NCBI GenBank assembly: GCA_000388065.2
Contig: KB932205.1
Origin: Fonticula alba ATCC 38817
Taxonomy: Eukaryota > Protista > Nucleariida
Length of the DNA stretch: 64,000 bases
Direction: 5' to 3' (one strand)
Notes under the pieces: model-generated
Told to the model about the DNA's origin: nothing
What the model saw: the letters and a program-made list of their open reading frames with translations, nothing else
Databases searched by the model: none
Translations under genes and position numbers: made by a program
In this document: piece by piece, positions 1 through 11,114 of the stretch
Numbering within the stretch: position 1 is the stretch's first letter
How the letters are laid out: the number at the start of each line of letters is the position of its first letter

Positions 1-556
1 GGGGGGGGGGGGGGGGGGATCGCCCCTCGCCCACAGGATGAGTCAACTTGCGTTCCAGCGGCCAGTGGCCAGAATGCATCTTGGCTACGAGCGGGGGTGG
101 GCGCGTCGAGCTCACTCGCCCGTGTGGGGCTGTGGATGCGTGAGCACCGGGCGCGGGCATCTTTCTGTCCGCCGGCGAGCCGCCCAACATGCTGCCGGAG
201 GGGGCCCGGATGTGCCCGGGGGCAGGGTGGCCGACCGCGCCGGGTCGCCCCCACCAATGCCACAATGTCTTCCGTCTGGGCGGGCCGCGCCTCGGGTGGG
301 GGGGGGGGCTCAAGGGGGCCCTGCTCCGCGGGAGCATTCGGCCCGTGGGAGAATGGAAATGGGGCAACCGCCTGCCGAGGGAGCCGAAAAAGTCAGCGCC
401 CCACACCTTGGTGGCCCCAATGCCGGCCTTGCGCGAGCGCGCGAGAGGCCCGGCGAAGGCGCCCGTGTTTCGGGTGCGCCTTCTGACTTGCATTTCCGGC
501 GGGCGGCCGAATCAGCCGCGGCAACGCGCGGTGAGGGCCCACGCACGCGGGTCCTC

Positions 557-589
<33 letters not shown>

Positions 590-1826
590 GCGGATGCGGC
601 CCGTCCGCAGCAGGGGGTTGTTTACTTTTCCCGCCGCCCCCTGCCGCCGCCGCCGGTGTCAGTGGGCGGCGCCCGGTCGATCGGCCAGCAGCAGCCCTGC
701 CGCCGGTACGTGCGCGCGCGCGCGCGCGACCTAGGCCGGTCGGCCAGCGGAGCGACTGACAATTGACGTTTTGCCGAGCAAGGCCCTCTCTTCACGGGGA
801 CCCTGGTCCGGTGGGACCGCCCATTTCTGGTGCTCACCCTTGTGAGGCATTCCCGGCCGGGGGAATGGTTCTGTCGGGCTTTGGCCCGCGAGCCTGTGTG
901 TCCGGGCTCTTCTCATTCCAGCGGTGCCTGGACCGCACGTCCGGGAGGGCGCTTCGGCGGGGGCGGGTGGGGGGGGGGGGGTGGGGGGGTGGCTGAATCT
1001 TATCATGCGTCGATTCAGGTAATTAATTTTATGCGTTTGCTTGCGGATCTGTTTATTATTTTTGATTGTTATGGGTAATTTTTTCACTACTTCTCTCTGG
1101 CAGTCATGATTTCAGCGAATCATATTTATAACTTGATATTGCGAGAGAAGTTTGATGCCCCCCCCCCCCCCCCCCGCCCCGGCCTTGTCCGCTTCTCCCT
1201 CCTGCTGCCTGGCGGTGTGCCAGCACCATGGGCTGCCCCGCGGCCGGGCGGGGGCGGCTGTGCCCAGATGAGAGAAGGCCATGCTCCCCTATCGCCCCCC
1301 CTCGCCCCCCCCCCCCTTCACATCTCCTCGGAAGGGTCTGGCCCCCACCTGGGCGCCCGCGCGGCCCAAGCGCCCCATAGAAATCGCTTGCACCGTCTCG
1401 GCTGTTCTCCTGCCCGGACCCGCACCGCTGCTGCCCGGGCCTGCGGCCCCCCCCCCCCCCTGGCAGACACCCCCACGCATGTGGTTCACAATGCCAGGCC
1501 GTGCGGGCCTGGGCCCGCGCGGCCGGCGCCACCTCCGCCGAAGAAGCCGAGCGGCAGCGGAACGCGAGCAGGCGGGCGCGGGGGGAAAAAATATGGCCCG
1601 CGACCCCTCTCAAGACGGGTGCCCCTGGGCCGGGCGGACCCCCAGGGGCCGTGGGGCAGCAGGTCGCCCTCCCCGCCGGGCCCCCTGAGGGGAAGCCGGA
1701 GAGACACACACCCTCAACACTGGGTCGNNNNNNNNNNAGCCGGAGAGACACACACCCTCAACACTGGGTCGGGGGCGGGTGGGGGAGGGCGGCCCCCGTG
1801 CGCCGGGGGGGGGGGGGGGGGGCCCC

Positions 1827-1857
<31 letters not shown>

Positions 1858-2895
1858 TGGCCAGAGAGACGCCCATCCCCGGCCCCCGGGGTCCTGCTCC
1901 CTCTGCCCGGAGCACATCATACACGCGGCTGCGGGGGGCGGGGGGAGACGGGGCTACCACGGGCCGGTCGGCCCCGGCCGGTCTGCTTGGCCAGCGTATT
2001 GCCCGCACATGTGCGGCACCCGGTGCAATGCTTACATCACCCGCAGGACGCCGGCCTGGTAGATCGCGCCGGCGCCGGCCTCTTTCCCGGTAGCCATTGC
2101 TCCGACGTGGAGGGGACACGGGGCGAGAGAGGCCGCGGGCCAAGGGGGGGGGGGGGGGGGGGGGGGGCCCGCCCGGCGCGCGTTTTGGCCTTGTCTTGGG
2201 GGGGTCCACTCCCCCTTTTTTCTCCCTCCCCCCCCCCCCCCCCGCGCCCTCCTGGAGTGCTCTGTTGGTTCGGCGGCCGCCATGCCATTTCTCTCTCTCT
2301 GGCGCCTGCCGGTGGCAAAGCGTCCACGCGTGCGCGCGTGTGTGCGCACGCGCCGCGGCTGTACATGCACGCGACCGCCGTGCGCCCTCACGCACGCACC
2401 CACACACGCACGCATTCTCCCGCACGGTGTGGGTCCTGCGATCCGCCGCCGCCGCGCATAAAGAAGGTGCTGGCAGATGGGTCAACCCCTGGCAGGTCGC
2501 TGGCCACCGCGATGGCCTTCCCATGTGTACGCCGGCCTGGGTGGTGTCCGGATCTGAGCAGCCGGCCGTGTGCCCTGCACCCGACAGCAGCATGCGCAGG
2601 CAGGCAGGCAGGCAGCCGGGAGGAGCAGACGCAAGCAAGGGCCCGAGGCCGAGGGAATCTGCCGACCACCGCCTGCGGTGGGTGACCCGCGCGCGCCGAC
2701 ATGGCCCGGTGTTTTCGTGCCTCCCGGGGCAATTTCCTGACATGGCCGGCCCGCCGGTGCCCAAGGCAGGGGCGGGCCCTGGCTGGTGCCTCTAGCGGGC
2801 CCGGCTGCGGAGGCCCAAGCAGGGCCCATCCTTGGACAGGGGTAGGGCGAAGACGGTGATGGCAGCAGCCGGAGCAGTGAGCGTGCGGGGGGGGG

Positions 2896-3375
2896 NNNNN
2901 NNNNNNNNNNNNNNNNNNNNNNNNNNNNNNNNNNNNNNNNNNNNNNNNNNNNNNNNNNNNNNNNNNNNNNNNNNNNNNNNNNNNNNNNNNNNNNNNNNNN
3001 NNNNNNNNNNNNNNNNNNNNNNNNNNNNNNNNNNNNNNNNNNNNNNNNNNNNNNNNNNNNNNNNNNNNNNNNNNNNNNNNNNNNNNNNNNNNNNNNNNNN
3101 NNNNNNNNNNNNNNNNNNNNNNNNNNNNNNNNNNNNNNNNNNNNNNNNNNNNNNNNNNNNNNNNNNNNNNNNNNNNNNNNNNNNNNNNNNNNNNNNNNNN
3201 NNNNNNNNNNNNNNNNNNNNNNNNNNNNNNNNNNNNNNNNNNNNNNNNNNNNNNNNNNNNNNNNNNNNNNNNNNNNNNNNNNNNNNNNNNNNNNNNNNNN
3301 NNNNNNNNNNNNNNNNNNNNNNNNNNNNNNNNNNNNNNNNNNNNNNNNNNNNNNNNNNNNNNNNNNNNNNNNNNN
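2896..3375. other. Assembly gap (480 N). It probably hides the 5' exon(s) of the NDH-2 gene. Other gaps: 1728-1737, 10236-10352, 29940-29963, 33635-33666, 46849-46877, 54863-54872, 61276-61470.
   Basis: Runs of N in the sequence, most of them flanked by poly-G or poly-C tracts. Confidence 0.98.
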
Positions 3376-3464
3376 CCCCCCCCCGATTGGTCCCCATCCT
3401 GGTCTGACATCCTCCGCCTCCCCCTCGCTCTACCGACTGCACATGCTTCCCGGACGCACAACAG

Positions 3465-6400
3465 CACCTACACCCCCCTCAGCCGGCTGAATAGCTTCGC
3501 CGACATTCGTCTGGCCTACGTGACTCACATTGATCGCCGGAATAAGACCGTCACCTACCAGCCGCTGGCCACGCCCATGTCCACCGCCTCGCCCGGCTTC
3601 CACCCGAACAAGGATCCCGCCGGGGGAAATGCCCCGGCCAGCGGCGTCCCCCCGACCCCGGTCTCCTCCTCCGACCACTCGACCAGCTCCAGTGCCACCA
3701 GCTCCGATCGGAGCTCCGTGTCCGGCCAGACAGCGCGCGTTCTCAACCACAACCAGGACCTGGCCCAGGCCCGCCAGCCTGGCGTTGAGCCGGTCACCAT
3801 TTCCTACTCGGCGCTCCTGATGTGCCCCGGGTCGCAGGTGGCCACCTACGGCACCCCTGGCGTGGATGAGCATGCTCTGCACTTGCGCACCACCGGCGAC
3901 GCGGTGCGCGTGCGCCGGCGCCTCACCAGCGCCTTCAAGAAGGCCCGCGAGCTTGTGTCCTCGGTGTGCGGCCTCGTGCCGTCCAGCTCCGACCGGCGCA
4001 AGGCCTACGAGCGGGCCGCCGCCATCCTCAGCTTTGTTGTCGTCGGCGCCGGGCCCACCGGTGTCGAGGTCACCACGGAGAGTGCGTTTCTCCTTGCTGC
4101 GGTCTCCGTGGCACGCGCCCTTGCGCCGACTCCCGCCCCTCGCCCCCCGATTTCCGGGCATGCCTCGGTCCACTGACTGCTCTTCTCGCGCGCGCTCCCC
4201 CCTCTGCCCCCCCCCCACACCCCCTTGCCCTGCCCTGCTCACAGTCCAGGCATTCATCCAGCTGTACGCTCGCAAGCACTTTGGCGGCGAGCTGGCCGAC
4301 ATGGCCCGCGTGAGTCTGGTCGACTCGAACAGCACCATCCTCAGCAATGCGCTGCTGGCGCCGCCGCTGCGCTATCGCGCCATGCAGCTGCTGCTCGATC
4401 CGGAGCGCAGTCCGAATGTCCGCCTGCACCTGCGCAGCCGCGTGGTGCGGGCCGTTGGCCCCAACTCCGACGAGCTGGACACCGTGCGCCAGGCCGTGGA
4501 GAATGAGACGCGCCTCGAGCAGATGGAGCCGGATCCGGCCCTGGCCGCCGCGGCCGCCAGCTACGCCGCCTATGTCAAGGCCCGCGATGAGGCCCTGGCC
4601 AAGGAGGGCAAGCTGCCGACCGGCGCCGGATCTGGCAGCACCCCGGCCGCCGGTGCCGCCAGTCCGCCGGGCCCCGACACCGAGGAGCCGCTCGCCATGC
4701 CGCCCGGCATGCTGATGCCGGCCACCATCGACCCGCTGCCCGACACCCCGCCCCTGGCCGACGAGATGTCCGATGGCTCTTCTTCCTCCTCCTCCTCCTC
4801 GGATGAGGAGGATGCTTCCCACGCCTCGGCCGGGCTCACGGCCACCACCGACTCGGTGGCCAGCAGCACCTCCAGCACCCCGTCGGTGCGCAGCCCTGGC
4901 CCGGCGGCCGCGCCGGCCTCACCGCAGCCCGGCATCGGCGGGCGCCAGTCCTCGGGGACGGGCAGCAACAGCAGCAGCAGCAGCAATGTCCTCCGGTCGC
5001 CGCAGCTGGTGGCCGTCAACCGGCCGCTCGGGGCCCTGCGCACGTCGTCCTTCTCCGGCTCGGCCGGGTCGCTGGGGTCGATGTCGTCCACGTCGAAGGG
5101 CCGGTCGTCAACCGCCGCGGCCGCCGCCGCGGCCGGCATCAATGTCGAGGAGTTGTCCGCCATGGATGTGGAGAACTTCTGCAACATGCTGACCATGGAC
5201 CCGTCGAGCGTGCGCCAAGCGGTGGCCCTCTACGGGTCGAAGGTGCACCAGATGTACATGGACGCCAAGGACCGCGACGCGGCCCGCGAGGATGGCATCG
5301 TGCGGCTGGAGCTGCGTCAGCTCCAGGGTCCCGGGTCCAACATCGACCCGCGCATTGCGCAGGACGCCCAGGCCGGCAGCGCGACCATCCCGTCGGCCTG
5401 CTCCGGCTCGACGCTTGGCCGTGCCAACAGCAAGCGTCGTGGTGCTGGGTCGGCCTCTTCGGCCGGGTCCGTCTCCTCGGGCAGCGGGTATTCGGTCTAC
5501 TCCGGGTATGGCGGCAGTGGCCCGACCGCCGCCGGGCCGGGCGCGGCGCCGGTCAACAGCGATGCGGCCAGCACCTCCGGGTCTTCCATTTCCGGTGACA
5601 GCACCTCCACCAGCCGGTCCTCCCCCTCGCGGTCGACCTACTCCTCGATCAGCAGCTCCCTCTCGCACCTCCCCTGCAGCCTGATGATCTGGGCCACCGG
5701 TAACCAGCCCTCGGCTCTCATCAACGGCCTGGACTCCTCGTTCAAGCGCCACGACTACACCGGGCGTCTTCTCGTGGACAAGTACGCCTTCCACATGTCC
5801 ATCTGCCACATGCTGCTGGTTTTTTTTTTTCCATCCCGCCTCCGGCTGGACCCCCGCTCGGCAGGCATGCGCGCCACTCTGAGCCTGGCACACTGACCCT
5901 CGCCACCCTCCCCCCCGTTTGCGCCCGCGCCCGTGTGCTCCACAGCTTCATGCGTGTTGTCATCGAGGATGAGAACCCCACCGACAGTGGGCTCGTGCGT
6001 GCGGTGTCCAACAACAGCCAGTCCTACATGGTCGACCCGTCGATCTATGTGGCGGGTGATAGTGCCATCCACCTGGACCCGTCGATTCATCCCTGGCCGA
6101 TGACCGCCCAGGTGGCCAACCGCCAGGGGCTCTACCTCGCTCAGGGTGCGTGTATGCCATACGCATGTCCATTTGTCGGCTGGCGGCTGGCATCCGCTCT
6201 TCCTCCCTTTGGTCGTGGTCGCCCTGTGTCTGTCCAGTCTCCTGTCACATTGCTAATTCCCGTCCCCTCCCCCCCCCCCCCTCTCTCTCTCTCTCTCCCG
6301 CTCTCGCTCTCGCTCTCGCTCGCAGTCTTCTCCTCCTTCGCTCCGGCCATTCCCTTCGAGTACATGCACTGGGGATGCTTCTGCGGGCTCGGCACCCGGC

Positions 6401-6816
6401 AGGGGCCCTGCCAGGAGGCGCTCGTCGACCTGGTGACCAAGCCCGGCGACCCGGGCACCTTCGGCGCGGTGGCCCGGCTCCGGGGCGTGGGCTCCGATGG
6501 AACCACCGATGGTGCCAGCGTCCGGGCCATGTCTGTGGCCACCGGGTCCGGGGATGAGTATGTTTCCACGGCCGAGGAGGAGGCCAAGGCCTATGCCCAG
6601 TGGCTGGAGGCCGAGGCTGCTGCCAATGATGCCAGCAACCCCGACTACGACCCCGACCGCCTGGGCGAAGGCCTGCTGGCCGGCCGCAAGGGAGCCCAAA
6701 TGTGGCGCCAAGCCTACCCCTTCATGGCGGCCGGCTACAGCAAGCGCCTCGGTTTGAATGTTGCCACCGGCATTTATCGTGCTTCCATCGGCAAGCCGCA
6801 CGATATGGAGGACTGA
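3465..6816 (+). CDS. Type II (alternative, rotenone-insensitive) NADH:quinone oxidoreductase, NDH-2/Nde1/Ndi1 family; 5' incomplete
   Basis: Exons about 3465-4081, 4245-5781, 5946-6145 and 6326-6816, with GT..AG introns that keep the frame. Motifs: YSALLMCPGS..TYGTPGVDEHALHLRT, SFVVVGAGPTGVE (second GxGxxG), LMIWATG, GRLLVDNFMRV, IYVAGD, PMTAQVANRQGLYLA, PFEYMHWG..CGLG, WRQAY. The first GxGxxG motif was not found, so it is presumably upstream or in the gap. Confidence 0.85.
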
Positions 6817-7368
6817 GACCACGTAGGGAAGGTGTGGAAGGGCGCCGCGCGAGGTTGACATACCCCCCCCTCCCGGGGCAGGCGTTTCCCCCCTGCCTCC
6901 CTCTCACGCACCCTCCAATGCTACCATGCTGTCTTCGGGTTTTTTTTCTGCCCTTTCTCCGGCGGCAAATGTGCTCCCCCCTTGTCCTTGTTTTCTTCTT
7001 TTTTTTTGTGTACCATTCCTCCCTCCCCCCCCCCCCTTCTCTCTCCCTCCGGTTTACTTGCTCCTTGCTGTGCTCTTAAGAAATACACCTCCCATCTAGA
7101 CACAGACACATGCACATCTTTGACGAAGCGCGCCCCTCCACAAGGGCGGCGGGGCGTGTAAAGAAGGGGGCAGGCCAAAACAAGGGCAATCAAGGGTGAC
7201 ATGCACCGGTTGCTCGCCAGGTGTGTGATTCACAAGGACAGGACATATATAGTATACAGGGTGTGTTTGCTCTTTGCCTCGCTCCTTCCCGCCTCCGGAG
7301 GACGGTCCTCAAAAAAGGCAGGGAGAGGAGCCCGGCCCAGGCTGCGAGGACATCCGAGGCCGGGAGGG

Positions 7369-7479
7369 CAGCGGCAGCGACAGCGGCGGCAGCAGCAGTG
7401 GCAGCAGCAGCGGCAACAGCAGCGACAGCAGCAGCGGCAACAGCAGCGGCAGCAGCGGCAGCAGCAGCGGCAGCAGCAG
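7369..7479. repeat. Imperfect (CAG/CGG/CAA/CGA)n trinucleotide tract, about 37 units, directly downstream of the CDC20 stop
   Basis: Read directly: cagcggcagcgacagcggcggcagcagcagtggcagcagcagcggcaacagc... Confidence 0.9.
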
Positions 7480-7489
7480 GGAGGGTACG

Positions 7490-9751
7490 TCACCGGAAGA
7501 CCACCGATGAGTGAAGATCCCGCGCAGTTCGCAGAGCCGGCGCCGTCCCATCGCCGGTGGGATCCGCGACAAAGCTGCTGAAGCCCCCGAACCCCGGGCC
7601 ACCGACGCCGGTGTCGGGCGGGCCAAAGCCAAGCACCCCACTGACCTTGGTCTGGAGCCGGGCCGCGCCGATGGCCGACACCCGGTCGAGGCCGCTGTCC
7701 GCGTGCCGGGCCCCGGGGACCGGCAGCGGCCGGGCCAGCTCAAAGCACCGCCACAGACAGAGGGTCTCATCGGGCGAAGCGGTGGCCACCATCTGCCCAT
7801 CTGGCGAGAGGGCCATGTGCAGGACGCGTTGTGTATGCCGACGGAGCTCGGCCACCGGGCGCATGTCCGGATAATGCCACAGGGTGATCTGGTTGGAGGG
7901 ATAGCCGTGCGTGGAGATGAGCTCCTGGTAGTCCTCGGACCAGCCAAGCGCACACACCTGGCTGCCGGTCTCGGTGCTGGACACCACGGCCCCGGTGGAG
8001 GCATCCACCAGCCGGATGGTCCGGTCGGCTTGGCCGCCGCCAGCCGCCAGGAGGCTCGGCTTCCAGGGGCACCAGGCCAAGGCCCGGACGGCCGCTCGAT
8101 AAGGGACCCGCATGATGGGCTGGCCATATTCGACATTGGGCGCGGGGAGCGGCGCAGGGGCGGCGGAGGCCGGGCCACCGGCCGCACCAGGCGTGGCCCC
8201 CGGCAGGAGCATACGCCCACCGATGGAGAGGGAACGCCCGCCAGCCGTGGCAGCCACCAGCCGGCTGTCGGGGATGATCCATGCCACTTGGCCGGTGGCC
8301 GACCGAGGGGGACCCCGGCGCGAGCGCTTGGCCGCATGGTCATACAGCAGGGCCGGCGAGGTGGACAGGGCACTGGCTGCCTCCCAGATGAGGAGGGAGT
8401 TGTCATTGCCGCCAGATGCCAGCCGCGCGCCGTCCGGCGACCACTGGAGCCCGCACACCTCCATGCCGCCATGCGAGCCGACCGTGCTGCTGATGAGGCC
8501 CCGCGCGGCGCGGGTGTCAATGTGCAGCAGGCGTCCCTGCCGGGTGCCCGCCGACAAAACGGCCCCATTCCAGCTGAGCACGCCGATCCGGTGGGCACCG
8601 AGGTCCGCGTCCGACGGGCAGGAGCCCAGCCCAAGCGACGGGCTCAGGTCTGCGGTCATGCAGCCGGCCGCCGCGTCCCACAGCTGCAGGCCGCCACGAG
8701 CCGTGGCCATGGCCAGGGTGGTGGGCCCGCCACCGGGGCCGGACCACGGGGCCCACCGCAAGGCTGACACATAGTTCCCGAGGGCACTCTCGCCGGCCGA
8801 GCAGTCGGCCAGATTCAGCAGCTCCACGGCCGACCCGGTGCCGGCGTTCCAAACAAACACCGACCGGGCCAGGGCAATGGCAATGTCATCGGTCATGGAC
8901 CAGTCCAGCAGGTTCAGGTAAAAGTCATCCACCAGGTCCGGCAAATCGAGGACCTTTTCCGGGTGCGCCGGCACGGAGCGCGCGATGCCGGCCGACTCGG
9001 CGCCCGACAGGGCCCGGCCACTCGGACCCCGGCGGCTGAGCCCGGCCCCGGGGCGGCGCTGCGCCGACCGGAGCACCGCATCGGCCGCGGTGGCATAGGC
9101 CCCGGTCCCGGCGCCGGTGCCGATGCTGCCACCGCCGCCGCCGCCGCCGCCGCCGCTGTTACCGGGCCGACCACCGGGGATGGCCACAGCGGCCGCTACA
9201 GCGTGGAAGGCGGCCACCTCGCGGGCGCGCTTCTCCCCGACCGACGGGAGGCGCACGGGCCCCGAGAGTTCCAGCTCCGTCGAGCTGGACCCCGACAGGG
9301 CAGCCACCGGCAGTGAGAACTCCCCCTCCAGCCGGTAGTTGAGGATGCTGCGTCGCCGCTCCAGGCCCACGAGCGAGAGGATGCGCTTCTGGTAGTGCGA
9401 CCGCCCGGGCGAAAGGGCCGTCATCCCGGCCAGCGGAGGAAGCGACGCGCTCACGGCACTCAAAGGCCCGGCCGAGGAGCCGCCAATGCCGATTGGCCCG
9501 GCCCCCGAGCCCAGGGCCGCGCGCGAGGGGCCGCCCGCTGCCGCTGCCCCGGCCGTGGCCGGGGTCGTCACCGGGCCCGGATGGTGGAGGACTCGGTAGT
9601 ACACGCTGTCCGGGTCATTGTCGATGGTCCGGCCTGGCAGGTACCGGTCATGGTGCGCCAGGTCCCCATCCGGCCGGTCAACCGGCCCGAGGAGACCGCC
9701 CGATGGCCGTGGCCGCCGAGGCCGGGGGTAGTTTTCGTCATCCAGGTCCAT
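7490..9751 (-). CDS. CDC20: CDC20/Fizzy-family WD40 APC/C co-activator, about 753 aa, apparently intronless
   Basis: C-box DRYLPGR, KVLDLPDLVDDFYLNLLDWS, EVCGLQWSPDGARLASGGNDN, AAVRALAWCPWKPSLLAAGGG.ADRTI, TGSQVCAL, ELISTHGY, HTQRVLHMALSPDG.MVATASPDETLCLWRCF. The WCPW and LWRCF motifs favour CDC20 over CDH1. Start inferred at ATG 9751 (MDLDDENY). Confidence 0.9.
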   Translation of the reverse strand: MDLDDENYPRPRRPRPSGGLLGPVDRPDGDLAHHDRYLPGRTIDNDPDSVYYRVLHHPGPVTTPATAGAAAAGGPSRAALGSGAGPIGIGGSSAGPLSAVSASLPPLAGMTALSPGRSHYQKRILSLVGLERRRSILNYRLEGEFSLPVAALSGSSSTELELSGPVRLPSVGEKRAREVAAFHAVAAAVAIPGGRPGNSGGGGGGGGGSIGTGAGTGAYATAADAVLRSAQRRPGAGLSRRGPSGRALSGAESAGIARSVPAHPEKVLDLPDLVDDFYLNLLDWSMTDDIAIALARSVFVWNAGTGSAVELLNLADCSAGESALGNYVSALRWAPWSGPGGGPTTLAMATARGGLQLWDAAAGCMTADLSPSLGLGSCPSDADLGAHRIGVLSWNGAVLSAGTRQGRLLHIDTRAARGLISSTVGSHGGMEVCGLQWSPDGARLASGGNDNSLLIWEAASALSTSPALLYDHAAKRSRRGPPRSATGQVAWIIPDSRLVAATAGGRSLSIGGRMLLPGATPGAAGGPASAAPAPLPAPNVEYGQPIMRVPYRAAVRALAWCPWKPSLLAAGGGQADRTIRLVDASTGAVVSSTETGSQVCALGWSEDYQELISTHGYPSNQITLWHYPDMRPVAELRRHTQRVLHMALSPDGQMVATASPDETLCLWRCFELARPLPVPGARHADSGLDRVSAIGAARLQTKVSGVLGFGPPDTGVGGPGFGGFSSFVADPTGDGTAPALRTARDLHSSVVFR

Positions 9752-10102
9752 GGCTGGGATGGGGGATGCTGTTTCCGAGCGGGTGCAATATACGAGGGAG
9801 GGCAGGGGGGGGGGAAAGGAGGGGGCGAGAGGAGAAGGAAGAATGGGGCGAGATGGGAGCAAGCACAGCAGCAGGCGAAGATGGTGCGCTTTTGGGACGA
9901 TCACACGGCGAGGCGAGTCGGGCCAGAGGTCGACGTTATGCGCACTCGGGGTGGTGAGGCTGGAGGGGGGCTGAAGGCAGGCAGGGATCGGGAGGGGAGC
10001 GGGAAGGGGGCCGCGCCGACCACGCGTTGCAGAGGCACAGACAGATGCCCTGGGGGAAGGGGGCGAGGGCGAGATAGGGGGGGGGGGGGGGGGGGGGGGG
10101 GG

Positions 10103-10235
10103 CGAGGGAGAGTCTCGTGTTTTGTGACGGCCAACATCCTGGATGGGACATGGGGAGGATGTACCGGGGCGAGGGGCGGGGGGGCGCTTGCATCGCTGCC
10201 TCTTTGCCCGCGGATGCCCACCCAGCTGTCTTCCG
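10103..10235 (+). repeat. Copy 1 of a ~133-bp direct repeat; copy 2 at 17018-17149
   Basis: cgagggagagtctcgtgttttgtgacggccaacatcc...cccagctgtcttccg is identical in both copies except for one G in a G-run. Both follow a poly-G tract, and copy 1 ends at an N gap. Confidence 0.9.
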
Positions 10236-11114
10236 NNNNNNNNNNNNNNNNNNNNNNNNNNNNNNNNNNNNNNNNNNNNNNNNNNNNNNNNNNNNNNNNN
10301 NNNNNNNNNNNNNNNNNNNNNNNNNNNNNNNNNNNNNNNNNNNNNNNNNNNNGGAGAGATGGGCGCCGAGAGGGGGGGGGGGGGCACCTGACCAGCCCCT
10401 TGCGCCCGGCCCGGCCCTTACCACCGGTGCTGCTGCTGCTGCTGCTGCCGCCACTGTTGAGTGGGGGTCGACCGATCGGCGCGGCGGCCGGCCCCGGCCC
10501 GAGGCCGGCCGAAACTAGACACCCAGGGCGGTCCTTCCCATCTCGGTGGGCGCCGGGTGCGATAGCCACGCACCTGGAGCAGGGCCGGGGCCGCTGGGGC
10601 ATGCTGGTCGAGCGACGCGGGCCCGTGTGTCGCATACGGGGCGCCCTGCGCGCCTGCGCCTCCCCCCTGTGGCCCCGCTCCTGCTGACGTATTACTCCCC
10701 CTGCCGGGAAGGAGGCCCGTGCGTGCCAAGGGTGGCGGTAGCGCCGAATTCAAATCCGCCAGCCCAAAACCGGCCACCACAAAACGGCCGGTCACGGGAT
10801 CCCGCAGATCGCCGGTCCCCGGCAGCCTGCGCGGCGACCCCCCGGAAAAGACCTTGGCGTGCAATCTCCTCGGCGTCCGGCCAACGGGGAGGGGAGAGCT
10901 CGCGCAGCGGCTCGCCCCCCGCCTCCCCCCCCCCCTGGTTCCGCGGGAATGGGCAACACCGGTCTCGGGCGGCCCGATGTATGCGTGTCTTTTTCAGATC
11001 GCCCCCTCTTGGCGCCCGGCTGGCAGCCCAACTGTAGCTAGCCACAGCTCCCTCCCCTCCCCTGCCCGCCTGACCGATTGCTTCGCCTGCCCCCCCCCCC
11101 ATTTCCTCGCTGCC

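Noticed and set aside
1694-1771. 34-bp direct repeat flanking a 10-N gap
   Set aside because: Identical sequence on both sides of a scaffold gap is the typical unmerged contig-overlap artefact.
1-2895. Many overlapping GC-rich ORFs, and a possible Arg-rich mitochondrial presequence (MARCFRASRGNFLTWPARR..., ATG 2701) for NDH-2
   Set aside because: No recognisable domain or consistent codon bias. The presequence cannot be linked to the gene across the 480-N gap.
10735-10770. T-loop-like GAATTCAAATCC suggesting a tRNA
   Set aside because: There is no GTTC T-arm, D-arm or acceptor stem, so no cloverleaf can be built.
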